A DNA stretch of 64,000 nucleotides from NCBI GenBank assembly GCA_024234165.1, contig JACKOP010000003.1, positions 577,809-641,808 of the forward strand, given 5' to 3'. Of the stretch, positions 61,537-64,000 are shown in pieces. The DNA is from Pseudomonadales bacterium. Lineage in GTDB: Bacteria; Pseudomonadota; Gammaproteobacteria; Pseudomonadales; UBA5518. Numbering within the stretch: position 1 is the stretch's first letter; each line of letters opens with the position of its first letter. Both the position numbers and the translations under genes were made by a program. Under the pieces are notes generated by a model. That model was not told the DNA's origin. It saw only the letters and a program-made list of their open reading frames with translations, and did not search any database.

Positions 61537-62280
61537 ATGCCGTTGATCCATCTCGCCGACGGACGCCGGATCCCGTACCGGATTCGCGTTTCGCCGCGCA
61601 GTCGTCGTGTGCGTCTCACGCTGAATCCGCGTGACGGGCTGGTGATGGTTACGCCGCCGGGCGTGAGTCGCCTCCAGCTTGCACGGCTTGCGTACGAGTG
61701 GCGTGACTGGGTGGCACATCAGCTCGATGCGCTGGGCATCGACGAATTCGGCGCTGCCGGCGCCGACGGGATCGAATTGCCTGACACTATCCTGCTGGCC
61801 GGTCTCGAAGAGGAATGGGACGTAGTGCATCGCCATACGTCTTCGGCGTCGGCGCGCGTGACCATGAAGGACGACGGTCAGCTGCTGTTGAGCGGTGCCT
61901 CTGGCGACGTGCCGGCGCGCGTTGCAGCACTGCGTCGCTGGGTGATGCGGCGCGCCCGTGACACGCTGCCGGAGTGTCTGGAAGCGGTTGCAGAGGAGAC
62001 CGGTCTCGATTTCGCCAGTGTCACGGTCCGTGCCCAGCGCAAGCGCTGGGGCAGTTGCTCGACGCGTGGTGACATCAGCCTCAACTACCAGTTGCTGTTC
62101 CTGCCGCCGCCGTTGCTGCGCCACGTGCTGCTGCACGAACTCTGCCATACGGTCGAGATGAATCATTCGCCGCGCTTCTGGGCGACCGTGCGTCGCTTCG
62201 AGCCCGACCTGGATTCGATGCGCGTGGAGATGCGCCAGGCATGGACGCACGTGCCGGACTGGGTGAGTGCCGATGCGTGA
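61537..62280 (+). CDS. YgjP-like (DUF45 / M48-type) zinc metallopeptidase
   Basis: The ATG at 61537 inside ORF 61111..62280 gives 247 aa. WGSCSTRGDISLN and the zinc motif HELCH are present. Confidence 0.75.
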   Translation: MPLIHLADGRRIPYRIRVSPRSRRVRLTLNPRDGLVMVTPPGVSRLQLARLAYEWRDWVAHQLDALGIDEFGAAGADGIELPDTILLAGLEEEWDVVHRHTSSASARVTMKDDGQLLLSGASGDVPARVAALRRWVMRRARDTLPECLEAVAEETGLDFASVTVRAQRKRWGSCSTRGDISLNYQLLFLPPPLLRHVLLHELCHTVEMNHSPRFWATVRRFEPDLDSMRVEMRQAWTHVPDWVSADA

Positions 62281-62340
62281 AGTCAAATATACAATGCGGA
62301 TGCATGTTATGCTTCGCCACGTGATTTCGCGGAGATCTGC

Positions 62341-63414
62341 ATGACGACCGGGGATCCGATGCAGCTCGGGCACATGGCCGCCGAGGCCGAAATGGTCAAG
62401 GCGTTCCTGCGTACCAGGCATCCCGTCGAGTTGAGCGATGAGGAGATAGCGGGCCTCAAGTCGCGCATTGCCGCGCGCCTGCGCGAGACGGATGCAGTCC
62501 TCGTCGCGCACTACTACACGTCGCCACTGGTGCAGGCTCTTGCCGAGGAAACCGGCGGCTGCGTTTCCGATTCGCTGCAGATGGCCCGTTTCGGGCACGA
62601 CCATCCGGCGAGCACGCTGGTCGTCGCAGGCGTGCGCTTCATGGGCGAGACCGCGAAGATACTCACTCCCGACAAGCGGGTACTGATGCCGACGCTGGAG
62701 GCGACCTGCTCGCTTGATGTCGGCTGCCCTGCGGGTCCGTTCGGGGAGTTCTGTGACCGGCACCCGGACCGCACCGTCGTCGTGTACGCGAACACCTCGG
62801 CGGCCGTCAAGGCGCGCTCCGACTGGGTCGTGACGTCGAGCATCGCGCTCGACGTGGTCGAATACCTCTCGTCACGGGGCGAGAAGATCCTGTGGGCGCC
62901 GGACAAGTATCTCGGCTCGTGGGTGCAACGCGAGACCGGTGCCGACATGCTGCTGTGGGACGGTGCCTGCATCGTGCACGAGGAGTTCAAGGCCAAGGGG
63001 ATCGAGGATCTGCTGAAGGTGTACCCGGACGCTGCCGTGCTGGTGCATCCGGAGTCACCGGCACCGGTGATCGCGCTGGCGGATGCCGTCGGCAGCACCA
63101 CGCAGATCATCGATGCGGCGCGCCGTATGCCGAATCCACGCTTCATCGTGGCCACCGATCAGGGCATCTTCTACCAGTTGCAGCGCCAGGTTCCGGACAA
63201 GGAGTTCATCATCGCCCCGACGGCCGGAGAGGGAGCCACCTGCCGCAGTTGTGCCCACTGTCCGTGGATGGCGATGAATGATCTGGAAGCGTTGCTGGCT
63301 TGTCTGGACGGTGGCCCGGGACACGAGATAGAAGTCGATCGTGAGCTTGGTGCACGCGCGATGATTCCGTTGCAGCGCATGGTCAATTTTTCGCGCGAAC
63401 GCGCCAGGGCGTAG
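62341..63414 (+). CDS. nadA: Quinolinate synthase
   Basis: 357 aa. [31 protein letters not shown] and CxxCxxC-like [10 protein letters not shown] motifs. Confidence 0.95.
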   Translation: MTTGDPMQLGHMAAEAEMVKAFLRTRHPVELSDEEIAGLKSRIAARLRETDAVLVAHYYTSPLVQALAEETGGCVSDSLQMARFGHDHPASTLVVAGVRFMGETAKILTPDKRVLMPTLEATCSLDVGCPAGPFGEFCDRHPDRTVVVYANTSAAVKARSDWVVTSSIALDVVEYLSSRGEKILWAPDKYLGSWVQRETGADMLLWDGACIVHEEFKAKGIEDLLKVYPDAAVLVHPESPAPVIALADAVGSTTQIIDAARRMPNPRFIVATDQGIFYQLQRQVPDKEFIIAPTAGEGATCRSCAHCPWMAMNDLEALLACLDGGPGHEIEVDRELGARAMIPLQRMVNFSRERARA

Positions 63415-63642
63415 GCCGGCATTCATGCCGACGGGAGTTCGCGTCAAACCTGTCGGGTTGAAACCCGACCCACGTAGGTCGGCATTCATGCCGACGGGAA
63501 TTCGCGTCAAACCTGTCGGGTTGAAACCCGACCCACGTAGGTCGGCATTCATGCCGACAGGAATTTGCGCCAAGCCGTCAGGTTGAAACCCGACCCACGT
63601 AGGCCGGCATTCATGCCGACAGGGATTCGTGTCAAACCCGAC
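63411..63642. repeat. REP/BIME-like array: 3.7 tandem units of 62-63 bp, each with two palindromes
   Basis: Units start at 63411, 63474, 63537 and 63599 with GTAGG(T/C)CGGCATTCATGCCGAC (palindrome A), followed by GTCGGGTTGAAACCCGAC (palindrome B). The array overlaps the nadA stop codon. Confidence 0.9.
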
Positions 63643-63667
63643 GCGTCCGTTCGACTGAAGCGCTGTC

Positions 63668-64000
63668 TTACAGGTCGATTTCTTCCCGCATCGCGCGAAT
63701 GTCGGTGATGCGTGCCTGCACACTGGCGCTGGTGTGGAAGTCACCCGAGGCGAGATCGAGTGCGTAACCGAGCTGGTGCTCGGCCTGGTCCAGCGCACCA
63801 TTCAGGATGAAGTACTCGGCACGGGTGCGGTGCACATCGACAATGCGTCCCGCAAGTCCCCAGGCTTCGGCAAGCTCGTACCACACCTGTGGATCCGCAG
63901 GCCGACGCTGAGCGTGCGCAGCCAGGATGCGCGCAGCCTGCTGCGGGTCGCCCTGGCGTTGCAGCGCTTCGGCGTACGCCATCGTCAAGGGATGGTTGCC
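63668..64000 (-). CDS. TPR-domain C-terminus, probably of a BepA/YfgC-like M48 protease; 5' part outside the window
   Basis: The ORF is open to the window edge. TPR-like helices are visible (YAEALQRQGDPQQAARIL, YFILNGALDQAEHQLGYAL). The family call is tentative because the peptidase domain is not in the window. Confidence 0.5.
   Translation of the reverse strand, partial: GNHPLTMAYAEALQRQGDPQQAARILAAHAQRRPADPQVWYELAEAWGLAGRIVDVHRTRAEYFILNGALDQAEHQLGYALDLASGDFHTSASVQARITDIRAMREEIDL

Noticed and set aside
53123-62340. Search for an attR copy of the tRNA-Lys 3' end to delimit the island.
   Set aside because: I saw no convincing match to TTCGAATCCAGCACGACCCACCA in the intergenic spacers. The CGACCCAC strings in the REP array are part of the repeat unit. 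The island boundary therefore stays an inference from synteny only.
61426-62763. N-terminal 446 codons of the 828-aa ORF 60277..62763 (-).
   Set aside because: Only the last 382 codons (from ATG 61425) look like a protein, an epoxide hydrolase. The upstream part is antisense to the YgjP-like gene and nadA and has shadow-frame composition.
63411-63642. Regularly spaced repeats considered as a possible CRISPR array.
   Set aside because: The intervals between copies of palindrome A are not unique spacers; they are a second conserved palindrome. The whole 63-bp unit repeats, no cas genes are nearby, and a solo copy occurs elsewhere (38392). This is REP/BIME behaviour.

Overview
This is a high-GC gammaproteobacterial chromosome segment (GC judged by eye, not computed). 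It is almost wholly core genes in well-known synteny. Left to right: zapE (5' partial), rplM-rpsI, a SulP/STAS transporter, petA plus a fused cytochrome b/c1 ORF, and sspB. Then come diaA-like/yraN/lpoA on the minus strand, divergent rsmI, and RNase P RNA. An AT-rich Pmra promoter region with MraZ-box repeats follows, then a complete dcw cluster (mraZ rsmH ftsL ftsI murE murF mraY murD ftsW murG murC ddl ftsQ ftsA ftsZ). After that: lpxC, secA, argJ, mutT, an ACAD10/11-like acyl-CoA dehydrogenase with its phosphotransferase partner, an orphan ExbD/TolR-like gene, an unknown 374-aa protein and a DUF4404-like protein. Next are hemB, an untracked 58-codon ORF, proS, a HIT protein, an HU-like protein with a histone-H1-like tail, an FmdB zinc ribbon, aspS, ruvCAB, ybgC-tolQRAB-pal-cpoB and tRNA-Lys(UUU). 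Between tRNA-Lys and nadA lies a ~9.6 kb accessory-looking segment. It holds a truncated P4-type integrase, a ColRS-like response regulator / histidine kinase / methyltransferase / InaA-kinase operon, a stand-alone molybdopterin oxidoreductase, a tandem EthD-like protein, a possible SDR remnant, an epoxide hydrolase and a YgjP-like metallopeptidase. The window ends with nadA, a 63-bp-period REP-like array and a partial TPR (BepA-like) gene. I found no CRISPR array, intact mobile element, toxin-antitoxin pair or recognisable defence system, and no clear-cut novel system. The best candidates for follow-up are the decayed tRNA-Lys island and its cargo, the ACAD-kinase-ExbD-unknown gene string, the fused cytochrome b/c1, the untracked small ORF and the REP family. 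All calls rest on reading the supplied translations and the DNA; no database search was run.
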